Shown: one piece after another, positions 18,965 through 27,040 of the stretch
Layout: the number at the start of each line of letters is the position of its first letter
Numbering within the stretch: the first letter of the stretch is position 1
Source of the DNA: Desulfobacteraceae bacterium
GTDB lineage: Bacteria; Desulfobacterota; DSM-4660; Desulfatiglandales; HGW-15
Direction: 5' to 3'
Assembly (NCBI GenBank): GCA_050115555.1
Contig: JASFQI010000003.1
Coordinates: 1-40,945 of the forward strand
Length of the DNA stretch: 40,945 bases
Program-made: the position numbers and the translations under genes
Notes under the pieces: generated by a model
What the model saw: the letters and a program-made list of their open reading frames with translations, nothing else
Told to the model about the DNA's origin: nothing
The model's database searches: none

Positions 18965-19804
18965 TTGTCAACCTACTGCACGGCTGCTTCCGTCCTGTTC
19001 GCAGCAGGAAAAGGCAGTCGAATGGCTGAGCACAACGGCAATAAAACACTTCTGCCTCTCGAACCTGGACCCTCCCCATTTGAAGGGAAGCGTCCGATTC
19101 TTCTCCATATTCTCGAACAGCTCCCGTCAGGGCCCAAGGCTGTCGTGATTCATCATCGCAGGGAGGACGTGATCCGCGCCACGCGGCATCTCGGTCTCAC
19201 CTATTGCGATCAACCCTCCCTCAACGGCACAGGCGGCGCCCTTCTTGCCGCAAGACCGTTTCTCGAGTCCGTGGCAGAGGATCGCGTGATCATGACCATG
19301 GGGGACGTCCCTTTCGTCCGGCGCACGACGTACCGCTCTCTCCTTGAGCGCCTCGACGCGCATCCTCTTGCCGTCCTGGGGTTCGAACCCCTGGACCGGA
19401 AGCAGTACGGCGTGCTCGAAACCGAGGGGCCGGTAGTGCATCGAATCGTCGAGTGGAAATACTGGCATGGGTATTCAAAGACAGAACGCGATCTCTATCG
19501 TATCTGTAATGCCGGAATTTACACAGCGCACAGGCCGACCCTGCTTCGATACCTCGAGTCCCTGGAAAAGCGCCCCCACTCTGTTTTGAAGGATCGCAAC
19601 GGCCGGGCACAGGAAATCGAGGAATTCTTCATCACCGATCTCGTGGAGCTCATGGCGGCGGATGGTCTCCAGACCGGTTACATCCTGGCCGAAGATGAAA
19701 CCGAGGTCATGGGAATTGACGATGCAGACGCCCTTCTCAAAGCCCAACGCCTTTACTCAAAACGCCTTTTTATGCCGGACGCACCCCCGAGTGCTGCTCC
19801 CTGA
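18965..19804 (+). CDS. Sugar-phosphate nucleotidyltransferase, GlmU N-terminal-like, with no acetyltransferase domain
   Basis: AAGKGSRM..K, Q..LNGTGGA, GDVP, YG, IVEWK, CNAGIY, EFFITD, EVMGID. Probable TTG start 18965 after GGAAGGGG; start uncertain. Confidence 0.82.
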   Translation: MSTYCTAASVLFAAGKGSRMAEHNGNKTLLPLEPGPSPFEGKRPILLHILEQLPSGPKAVVIHHRREDVIRATRHLGLTYCDQPSLNGTGGALLAARPFLESVAEDRVIMTMGDVPFVRRTTYRSLLERLDAHPLAVLGFEPLDRKQYGVLETEGPVVHRIVEWKYWHGYSKTERDLYRICNAGIYTAHRPTLLRYLESLEKRPHSVLKDRNGRAQEIEEFFITDLVELMAADGLQTGYILAEDETEVMGIDDADALLKAQRLYSKRLFMPDAPPSAAP

Positions 19805-21200
19805 CACCTTCCTTCAATGAATCCGGACCATACTGCTCCTGTCTTTCCTCCGTCTCCCGATCCTCGGATTCCGCCAGCATGCCCCGAGGCATCCGGTCCA
19901 CAATCACGGGGAACTGATCGGCCCGAATGCCGATGCGTTCCAGCCTCGGACCCAGAGACGTTGTGTCCAGACGTTCCATCTCCTGTCCTGCCATGAACCG
20001 GGACATGAGCAGGTCCGCCAGGTACACGTGATGGGTCAGCTCGGGGTTCAGAACGGATTGCTCAGGCTGGTGATGGTAACGAATCGCATCCGTTAGGCTC
20101 TCAGGCAGGGACCACCGCTTGGCCAGAAGGCCCCCCGCCTCGTCGTGGGACACCCCAAAGGCCTCATGCTCCACGTCGATCAGCGCCATTCCGTCCACTT
20201 GCATACGGCGGTAAAAAAACGGCGTCACCTCGGAGATGTGCTGATCCAGAACCACCTTCCCGATATCGTGCAAAAGCCCGGCGGTGTATGCGATGTCCCC
20301 TGAAACGAGGCCAGTGAAGTTGGCCAGGCTCTCCGCCGTCATGGCGGTTCCCAGTGCATGCTTGTACAGCCCTCCCTTGCACAGGGAGTAACCTGTCTCC
20401 GATTCAGGGAAGAAATCATCCAGGGCCGCCGTGAGGATAAACTGAAGCAACCGTTTCTCCCCTACCATGACCAGGGCCCGGTCGATGGCATCCGTCTTCA
20501 TACCGAATCGCGCGGAATTGCACAAGCGAATGACCTTGGCGCTGATCACCTGGTCCCGCCGCGTCTGTTCGGCCAGATCCTCCATGTCATAGGACTGCTG
20601 GCGGATCATTCGAATGATCTTCAATGCGATCTGGGGGATGGGTCTCACTGCGTTCAGGGCTTCCTCCAAATCCTCCTTGTGCAGAGGCTTGCGTTTCAGG
20701 AGACCGGTCGCCAGCTTTGAGCCCAGCGGAGAAATGCGACTCTCCCACGTGTCCAGGTTGAGGCTCAGACGGCAGGTGAAAAAGCCGCCGGTCTCCTCAT
20801 CCCCGACAACAACGCCTTCTTTTCGAAGGATCGCTTCCACCACTTCAGCGGTTCTTCCGCCGATGTCGAGCTCCAGGTCGTGCTCGGAAAGCGGACCCAC
20901 AAGAGCGCCACCCGCTACACAGGCCTCGAGGCGTTCAATGGAGGCTCCTTCCTGAACCAGGGCATCCAGAAACCGCGGGAGGCCGGTTGCAGCATAGCAC
21001 TCGGCCTGCCATTGCCTGTCCATACCGACGGGCTCAGGAAGAAGGAAATGCCCCAACCCGCCTACGCAAGCCGCTCGATCGTAGAGAACTACCCCTACGC
21101 AGGAACCGAGGTAGGCTTCCAGAATCTCTTTGCTCCCCTTGCGGACGATGAACTGCCCGGACGGCACGGAGCGCCTGGGATAGCGGTATCCTCTTCCCAT
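19770..21200 (-). CDS. CheD-like deamidase fused to an HDOD domain
   Basis: LGSCVGV...GHFLLP (CheD Cys/His), GGA, IGGR, then HDOD features (PIPQIA, RDQVISAKVIRLCNS, AGLLHDIGK, WSLP..L..AIRYHH). Start refined to ATG 21200. Confidence 0.9.
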   Translation of the reverse strand: MGRGYRYPRRSVPSGQFIVRKGSKEILEAYLGSCVGVVLYDRAACVGGLGHFLLPEPVGMDRQWQAECYAATGLPRFLDALVQEGASIERLEACVAGGALVGPLSEHDLELDIGGRTAEVVEAILRKEGVVVGDEETGGFFTCRLSLNLDTWESRISPLGSKLATGLLKRKPLHKEDLEEALNAVRPIPQIALKIIRMIRQQSYDMEDLAEQTRRDQVISAKVIRLCNSARFGMKTDAIDRALVMVGEKRLLQFILTAALDDFFPESETGYSLCKGGLYKHALGTAMTAESLANFTGLVSGDIAYTAGLLHDIGKVVLDQHISEVTPFFYRRMQVDGMALIDVEHEAFGVSHDEAGGLLAKRWSLPESLTDAIRYHHQPEQSVLNPELTHHVYLADLLMSRFMAGQEMERLDTTSLGPRLERIGIRADQFPVIVDRMPRGMLAESEDRETEERQEQYGPDSLKEGVREQHSGVRPA

Positions 21201-21311
21201 AGCGGCTTCCTTTCCTTTTTTAAGGCAATAATACGTTTTTTCTATACCTTGACTTAGTATGCGGTTTCCCTTCTCAAGACCCTGCAAATCCTTGCCTTCT
21301 CTCTCATGTTG

Positions 21312-21328
21312 AGCAACAGTCGTGCCAA
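21312..21328 (-). promoter_or_regulatory. Sigma54 (-24/-12) promoter for cheD-HDOD
   Basis: The minus strand reads TTGGCACGACTGTTGCT, matching the TGGCACG-N4-TTGCW consensus with correct GG/GC spacing, about 110 nt upstream of the ATG. Confidence 0.8.
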
Positions 21329-21590
21329 TTCGCTCAGGATCCCCCCTCAGAATCTGCGAGCCCCCACCCCTAAGGATCCACTCCGGAAGAAACGCACGAA
21401 ATCGGGTCCATTGTACGCAGCAGATACGATCTTCCGTAAATTCGCGAAGCCTGGTGGGCGAATCTCCGTTGGGAATCGGTCTGGAACAGCAGCCGGCGCA
21501 TTCTAACGACATTCCATTGACGCTGGTCGACAAAAGACCGGCGGTCGTCGGTGTACGGACTGAATGCACACGATTCCCTGATCTCGGCGT

Positions 21591-22526
21591 TTATTTGATC
21601 GGCAGGATCAAACGAATTGCGCTCGGGATGAGATCGATCGCAACCGGGAGCTGACCGGGTTGCTCACCGTCCATGTCCAGGAGAACCCGCTCGGAGGAAC
21701 AGGCTTCAATCCTTCTTCCTCTTAGGGATTGAACCTTCTGGAGGTTTCCGAGGCGCCCGTTGTAGAGCTTGGGGAAGTGAAGAAACACCTCAGGAAGGGA
21801 AAAATCCCCGATAACGGTCACGTGGAACAGTCCGTCGTTCGGAACGGCATCCGGGGCGACCCACATCCCTCCCCCATGGTATTGTCCGTTGGCCACCACC
21901 ACGTTCCACGCGGACACCTCGAGCGGGGGCGCCTGATCCACGTACAGCCGTATCTGTTTTTTTCGATACAGAAGAACCGACATCAGCGTAGCCAGGATGA
22001 ATGAGAAAAAACCTCCGAGAGGTGCGGAACTCCGATTCACCCGCTCGTCCACCTCTCCTCCCAGTCCGAAGCTGACCACGTTGTGAAAGTACGCATGCCC
22101 GGCGGCGCCGTTCCTCCTTCGAAACATCAGGTGACCGATATCCATGGCTTGCGAGGGTCCATCGGACATGGCCACTGCCAACGCGTCTTCCGGACGTGCG
22201 GGAAGGCGCAGGGTCCTGGCAAAATCGCACCCTGTGCCGCACGGAACGTATCCGAGAACGACATCTCTTCGCCACTCAGGAAACGCCCGCATCACCCCGT
22301 TCACGACCTCGTTCAGGGTACCGTCTCCGCCCACGCACACCAACCGGCGGACCCATTGTTTCGCGGCCTTGCGCACCAGGATTTCGGCATCACCGGGTCC
22401 CTTGGTGAACCACACATCGTGTCCTGCGGCAAGCCTCTCTCGAGCCCGCTGAATCTCCGGCCAGTGCCTCGCTGCAAACCCGTGCCCCGCATTGGGGTTC
22501 ACGATGAACGCCGTTCCACTCAACAT
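21591..22526 (-). CDS. Diacylglycerol kinase-family lipid kinase (YegS/DagK-like)
   Basis: IVNPNAG, GGDGTLNEVVNG, PCGTGCDFAR, NGQYHGGG, DGE. Start is 22526 or 22541. Confidence 0.9.
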   Translation of the reverse strand: MLSGTAFIVNPNAGHGFAARHWPEIQRARERLAAGHDVWFTKGPGDAEILVRKAAKQWVRRLVCVGGDGTLNEVVNGVMRAFPEWRRDVVLGYVPCGTGCDFARTLRLPARPEDALAVAMSDGPSQAMDIGHLMFRRRNGAAGHAYFHNVVSFGLGGEVDERVNRSSAPLGGFFSFILATLMSVLLYRKKQIRLYVDQAPPLEVSAWNVVVANGQYHGGGMWVAPDAVPNDGLFHVTVIGDFSLPEVFLHFPKLYNGRLGNLQKVQSLRGRRIEACSSERVLLDMDGEQPGQLPVAIDLIPSAIRLILPIK

Positions 22527-22599
22527 CCCCTCACGAACCATCCTTTTTGAAAAATGATGAAATTGCAAAAAGCCGTGACCTGGAGATTTACCCCTGCGA

Positions 22600-22655
22600 T
22601 TTGAATCTCCCCGCAGCAAAATTGAGGAATGCGCGAGCGAAGCATTTTCAAGGCC
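22600..22655 (+). repeat. Dispersed intergenic repeat copy
   Basis: TTTGAATCTCCCCGCAGCAAAATTGAGGAATGCGCGAGCGAAGCATTTTCAAGG, nearly identical to the 34769 copy. Confidence 0.85.
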
Positions 22656-22874
22656 TTACAGCGTAGCCAACGCTGTCGAGCGGGTTTTTGCGAAACCGTC
22701 AAAAACAGGCTTGAGGCGGGCACATCCGCCCCCGCTATACGGCCCCTGTCTCAGGAGGCGACTTCTCATACCGCAGCGGTGAGCGGATGCGTGCACGTGA
22801 ATGCCGTCGAGCCAAGGGACCCCTGATCTCATTCAAGAGGGCGGTAAAGGGCCCCAAGCGAAGGATCCTTTTTA

Positions 22875-23903
22875 CTATTCTCCGGAAAGTACTGAAGCAA
22901 GTCTGCGGAGGTCATCGCTTTTTCCAAGGGAGATCAACGTGTCTCCGACCTCCACGCGGGTCTGGGACGATGGATTGAATTTCATATCGCCGTCTTTCTT
23001 TCGAATGGCGACGATAATCACATCCATGTCCTTGCGAATCCCCGAGTCCATCAGGGCAACGTTTTGAATTTTCGACTTCTCGCTGACCTCGATCTCCCCC
23101 ATCTCCAGACCCATGTCCTTGTTGTATAGGGCGAACTCGATGAAATCCGTAACCGCGGGCTTGGTGATGATCCGGGCCATCTTTCTTCCACCGATGATGT
23201 AGGGCATCACTACTTTGTTCGCCCCTGCCCTGAGCAGCTTCTTCTCGGTCTGCTCCTCATCGGCACGGGCAAGGATGAAAAGTTTCGGGTTCAGACCACG
23301 CGCCGTCATGGTGATAAAAAGGTTGTTGGCATCCGAGGCCACCACGCTGATCACACCCCTGGCCCGCTCGATCCCTGCTTCTATCAAGACATCCTCGCTC
23401 GTCGCGTCGTCGCTGATGTAGGGAATGTTCTCGTCATCCAGGGTGTGCCTCGCCTCTGGGTCCTTCTCGACGACCACCAAGGGGATCCCGTTGGCATGAA
23501 GCTCCCGACTGATCACCCTTCCGATTCGTCCGAACCCGCAAACGATGTAGTGGTTCTTCATGGACCTCATTTTTAACCCCAACTTCGTTCTGCCGATGAG
23601 CGATCTCATCTGGAAATCCACCATCACCTGGGCCGCCATACCCAGGATATAGGCGATGATGCCCATGCCAGAGAAGATGATGAAGATGGTAAACAGACGC
23701 CCGACGGGCGATACATTCCGCACCTCCCCGTATCCCACGGTGGAGATGGTGATCACCGTCATGTAGAGGGCATCCAGGAACTCCCACCCCTCGAGCACCA
23801 TGTACCCCATGGTTCCCAGGAGCAGGATGACGCCCAAAATCACAAGGCCTTTGAAGAGCTTGGATGAATCCCGCTTGGATATCCGTTTTTCGAATCGAAA
23901 CAT
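22875..23903 (-). CDS. Potassium channel protein (2TM pore + RCK/TrkA-N and TrkA-C)
   Basis: Selectivity filter TISTVGYG, Rossmann motif GFGRIG, and a TrkA-C C-terminus. Start is 23903 or 23915. Confidence 0.93.
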   Translation of the reverse strand: MFRFEKRISKRDSSKLFKGLVILGVILLLGTMGYMVLEGWEFLDALYMTVITISTVGYGEVRNVSPVGRLFTIFIIFSGMGIIAYILGMAAQVMVDFQMRSLIGRTKLGLKMRSMKNHYIVCGFGRIGRVISRELHANGIPLVVVEKDPEARHTLDDENIPYISDDATSEDVLIEAGIERARGVISVVASDANNLFITMTARGLNPKLFILARADEEQTEKKLLRAGANKVVMPYIIGGRKMARIITKPAVTDFIEFALYNKDMGLEMGEIEVSEKSKIQNVALMDSGIRKDMDVIIVAIRKKDGDMKFNPSSQTRVEVGDTLISLGKSDDLRRLASVLSGE

Positions 23904-23994
23904 GAGGTCCTTCACGAAAGGATCGAAAACACCATCCCACGCATCCGCGGGACAAATCCGCCCGAGGGTCTCTCGATTGGGAGAGCTGCGGGGG

Positions 23995-25086
23995 TCAGGA
24001 ATTCTGCCCGGGAGCAGAACTGACCGCTTCCACCGTGAATTCGCTGATGCTTTCCGGGAGTCCCTGAAATACCGCCATAAAGGGAATCGTGCCGCCGGGA
24101 GGAATGTTCACGTTGGTGTTGTCCTTACCCGTCCGCCTCTTCATGTCGGCTTCCAAGGCGTTGATGGGTTTCCCCCGCAACTCCCCTCCGGAAAACGCAT
24201 TACCGGCATACACCAGAAGAGAACGGACGGTCTGTCCTTTCCCATCTAGGATCTCCGTCTTGATTCGAACAAAGCTCCTTGGGCCGGAGTAGTTGTTCAC
24301 GACCGTTCCACGAACTACGAAGCGCCGCTTCCCTTGCTCCGTGCGAACAAAAGACCCTTTCACGCCTTCGAACGTTAACTTTCGCACCCCGGGGTCTTCG
24401 GCCTGCTTTTCTGCAGTCGGCTTTATAAAATCCAGGGAGTCCGGAATCACCCCCGGCGCGAAAAACAGGACCGCGGCTGCCCCGATCCCCAGCAACACAA
24501 GGAAGCCCAGAAGCACCGGCAGGAATGCCGATCTGCGGCCGGCCTTGCCAACCGGCTCTGTCGCCTCGGCGATCCATTCCCGGTCCACCGCCCCCTCTTC
24601 CTGCATGGAGTCGTCCCGGGTCAGCGACACCCGATCCTTCGGGGCGTGCTCCATCGCCTCCGCCCTTTCCTCGCGGGCCGCTTCCAGGGCAGGGAGATCC
24701 TCAGGCGATACCGCCACGATCTCTTGATCTCCCTCCTCCTCGGGGTTTTCCTCCAGATCCTGTTCCAGAGCAAAGTCAAATTCATCATCAAGCGCTTCCT
24801 CAGCGCCCGCCTCGGATCCGGAAAAGGAGGGGATTGATTCATCCGGCGATTCCATGCCGGCATCACTCAAATCCGTTGGAGAATCCAGAATCACGGTCTC
24901 TTCGGGCTCCTCAACGGGAGATGGCGTTTCCGGCTCCGCATCGAGCCATGACGAGGAGGTCTCACTGGGGGGGTAAGCTACGAACACATGGCGGCATGAG
25001 GAGCACCGAACTTTTGAACCGCCTTCTTTGAGAAGGGTTTCGTCGAGCCTGAACCTGGAATTACACTTCTCACACTGAACGATCAT
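23995..25086 (-). CDS. MJ0042-type zinc-ribbon protein with a TM helix and DUF3426-like C-terminal domain
   Basis: MIVQCEKC...KVRCSSCRHVF, an acidic linker, one TM helix, and a C-terminal beta domain ending I.PG...PFMAVF. Confidence 0.85.
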   Translation of the reverse strand: MIVQCEKCNSRFRLDETLLKEGGSKVRCSSCRHVFVAYPPSETSSSWLDAEPETPSPVEEPEETVILDSPTDLSDAGMESPDESIPSFSGSEAGAEEALDDEFDFALEQDLEENPEEEGDQEIVAVSPEDLPALEAAREERAEAMEHAPKDRVSLTRDDSMQEEGAVDREWIAEATEPVGKAGRRSAFLPVLLGFLVLLGIGAAAVLFFAPGVIPDSLDFIKPTAEKQAEDPGVRKLTFEGVKGSFVRTEQGKRRFVVRGTVVNNYSGPRSFVRIKTEILDGKGQTVRSLLVYAGNAFSGGELRGKPINALEADMKRRTGKDNTNVNIPPGGTIPFMAVFQGLPESISEFTVEAVSSAPGQNS

Positions 25087-25111
25087 GGCCCCCTCCTATG
25101 GATAGTGCCCT

Positions 25112-25690
25112 TCAATCCAGCGCATAGATGTCCGGCAGGTGCCGGTAGCGTTCGCCCCAGTCCAACCCATACCCCACGAGGAATCCACTTTCCACTCGAA
25201 ACCCGGTGTAGTCGATGTGGATTTCCTCCTGCCTCCGCTCCCGTTTGTCGATCAGGGCGCAAACACGGACCAGAGCGGGACTCTTCTGCTCAATCATCGG
25301 GAGGATGTATTTCAGGGTCAGGCCTGTATCCACGATGTCCTCCACCAGGATCAATGGCTTTCCGCGGACATCCAGCTCCATATCCTTGGTGAGGCGGACA
25401 TGTCCGCTCGAGATCTTTTCGCTTCCGTAGCTGGCTGCTTTGATGAAGTCGATCCTGCAGGGTATGGTCATCTCACGCACCAAGTCCCCTAGAAAGAAAA
25501 CCGCGCCATTCAGGACCCCTATGAATACCGGCTCCTTGCCCGCGAAGTCCTCGGAAATCTCCCTTGCCACCTCCCGGATACGTTCCCGAATGGTGTCCCG
25601 AGAAATCACCATCTGCCAGTGCACGTCTTTTTCCGTCACCGCACTTGTCCCCATTTCCATGGACTGAAGGCGTGAAGGATCAATGCTCAT
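25112..25690 (-). CDS. hpt: Hypoxanthine phosphoribosyltransferase
   Basis: GVLNGA..F..DL, SYG, PRPP-binding LVEDIVDTGLT, FLVGYGLD...YR.LP. Confidence 0.95.
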   Translation of the reverse strand: MSIDPSRLQSMEMGTSAVTEKDVHWQMVISRDTIRERIREVAREISEDFAGKEPVFIGVLNGAVFFLGDLVREMTIPCRIDFIKAASYGSEKISSGHVRLTKDMELDVRGKPLILVEDIVDTGLTLKYILPMIEQKSPALVRVCALIDKRERRQEEIHIDYTGFRVESGFLVGYGLDWGERYRHLPDIYALD

Positions 25691-25776
25691 TTTCCTCACC
25701 CGGCCGCCGGACCCGAGGGATCAGGGCGGCCCGTCCACATTCTCACTTGCAGCCAAGCAGGATGCGATGGACCGGT

Positions 25777-26184
25777 CTATTCCTTCGACTTTGGATGAGA
25801 CACTGTGTCCTTTTCGCCGACTTCGGCCTCCAGCGCGTTCAGCAATTGGGACAGGCGCTCGATGTCCTCCCGGGTGCAGACGGCATCCTCACGAGTCATA
25901 TGACGGATCTGCTCGTCGATCTGATCCACGAATTCCAGAAGCCCGGTACTGGGGCCGGAAACCCCTTCCGACGGGGCTCCACTGCGTCCCTTTCCCACAG
26001 CTCCTCCCTCGTTTCCGCCGTAGGCGTCACGCCCCTCCAGACGAGCGAAAATGTGATCCAATCGATCCGAAAGCCCATCCACCTCATCGGCCTTGGTCGG
26101 CGCGCCCTTTTTCTTGAGATCAGCGATCAGCCATTCCAGATGTCCAAGCATGTCCGCACCGCGCGTCAGGATCGACACTGCCAT
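25777..26184 (-). CDS. Hypothetical helical protein
   Basis: 135 aa, co-oriented between the thioesterase and hpt, with a GGAG RBS. Two amphipathic helical segments are joined by a Gly-rich linker. Confidence 0.6.
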   Translation of the reverse strand: MAVSILTRGADMLGHLEWLIADLKKKGAPTKADEVDGLSDRLDHIFARLEGRDAYGGNEGGAVGKGRSGAPSEGVSGPSTGLLEFVDQIDEQIRHMTREDAVCTREDIERLSQLLNALEAEVGEKDTVSHPKSKE

Positions 26185-26293
26185 TCCTTTCTCCCCGTGA
26201 ATAACAATACGTCGCCCTTGAAAATGCTTGTATCGTGGGTCATTGTGCTTCTTTCCTCACGGGCCATTTCTTCTCGAACCGGGGATGCGTTTC

Positions 26294-26743
26294 TCAAGAC
26301 CGCAGGGTCTCCTGCTCGTCCTCGCTCAAGAAGGGAAGCACACTCCCCTTCCGGTACGCCAAGGCCTGACACGATGCAAAAAGGGTACCGCGGTCGTCTG
26401 TCACCTTGATTTCGTATGTCCCCGTTTTCCGGCCTCGGTGGATCTCCCTGGATTCCGCCCGAATGGGCCTTCCCCATTCCGGAGACGCATGGAACGTCAG
26501 CGTCATGCTCAATGCGACGGCCACGGTTCCATGTGCGTTGCAGGATACTTGAAAGGCCTCGTCAATGAGAGAAAAAATGGCCCCACCATGCGCCATGCCG
26601 AAGATGTTCCCCATGTCTTCCCGGGGGATCATTTCCACGACTGCGCGGCCGGGCTCCAGCTCCAGCAGACGCATCCCGAGCTTGCGAGCATAAGGCTCCT
26701 GCTCCACCCTTCTAAAAATCGCTCCGATCGCGCTGTCCGCCAT
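26294..26743 (-). CDS. PaaI/PaaD-family hotdog thioesterase
   Basis: EPYARKLG, N.FGMAHGGAIFSLID. Start refined to ATG 26743. Confidence 0.9.
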   Translation of the reverse strand: MADSAIGAIFRRVEQEPYARKLGMRLLELEPGRAVVEMIPREDMGNIFGMAHGGAIFSLIDEAFQVSCNAHGTVAVALSMTLTFHASPEWGRPIRAESREIHRGRKTGTYEIKVTDDRGTLFASCQALAYRKGSVLPFLSEDEQETLRS

Positions 26744-26944
26744 TCCGTCTTCCCCTTCATCCCAAGGCTTCCGTATTCCGCTCACTGATTCAAGGGGCCC
26801 TCATGCATGCAGTCCCGCTCTTTCTAGCAAACGCCGGGTTCCGGATCAACCCAAAAGCCCAAATAGCAAGGTTCTCGAGAATTCCTCGCCTGCGTCAACC
26901 CCGTAGCCCTTCTGAAGCGGAACAGGGAATACAAGAGAGAATCA

Positions 26945-27010
26945 TTTGAATCTCCCCTCAGTCCCCCCAGAGGTGGGATGATGAATGCGCGAGCGAAGCA
27001 TTTTCAAAGG
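26945..27010 (+). repeat. Dispersed intergenic repeat copy (variant with an internal CCC..GGG hairpin)
   Basis: TTTGAATCTCCCC...GAATGCGCGAGCGAAGCATTTTCAAAGG shares both ends with the 22600 copy. Confidence 0.85.
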
Positions 27011-27040
27011 GCATCGCCCGGGCCTTTTGGCCCTTTCCCA

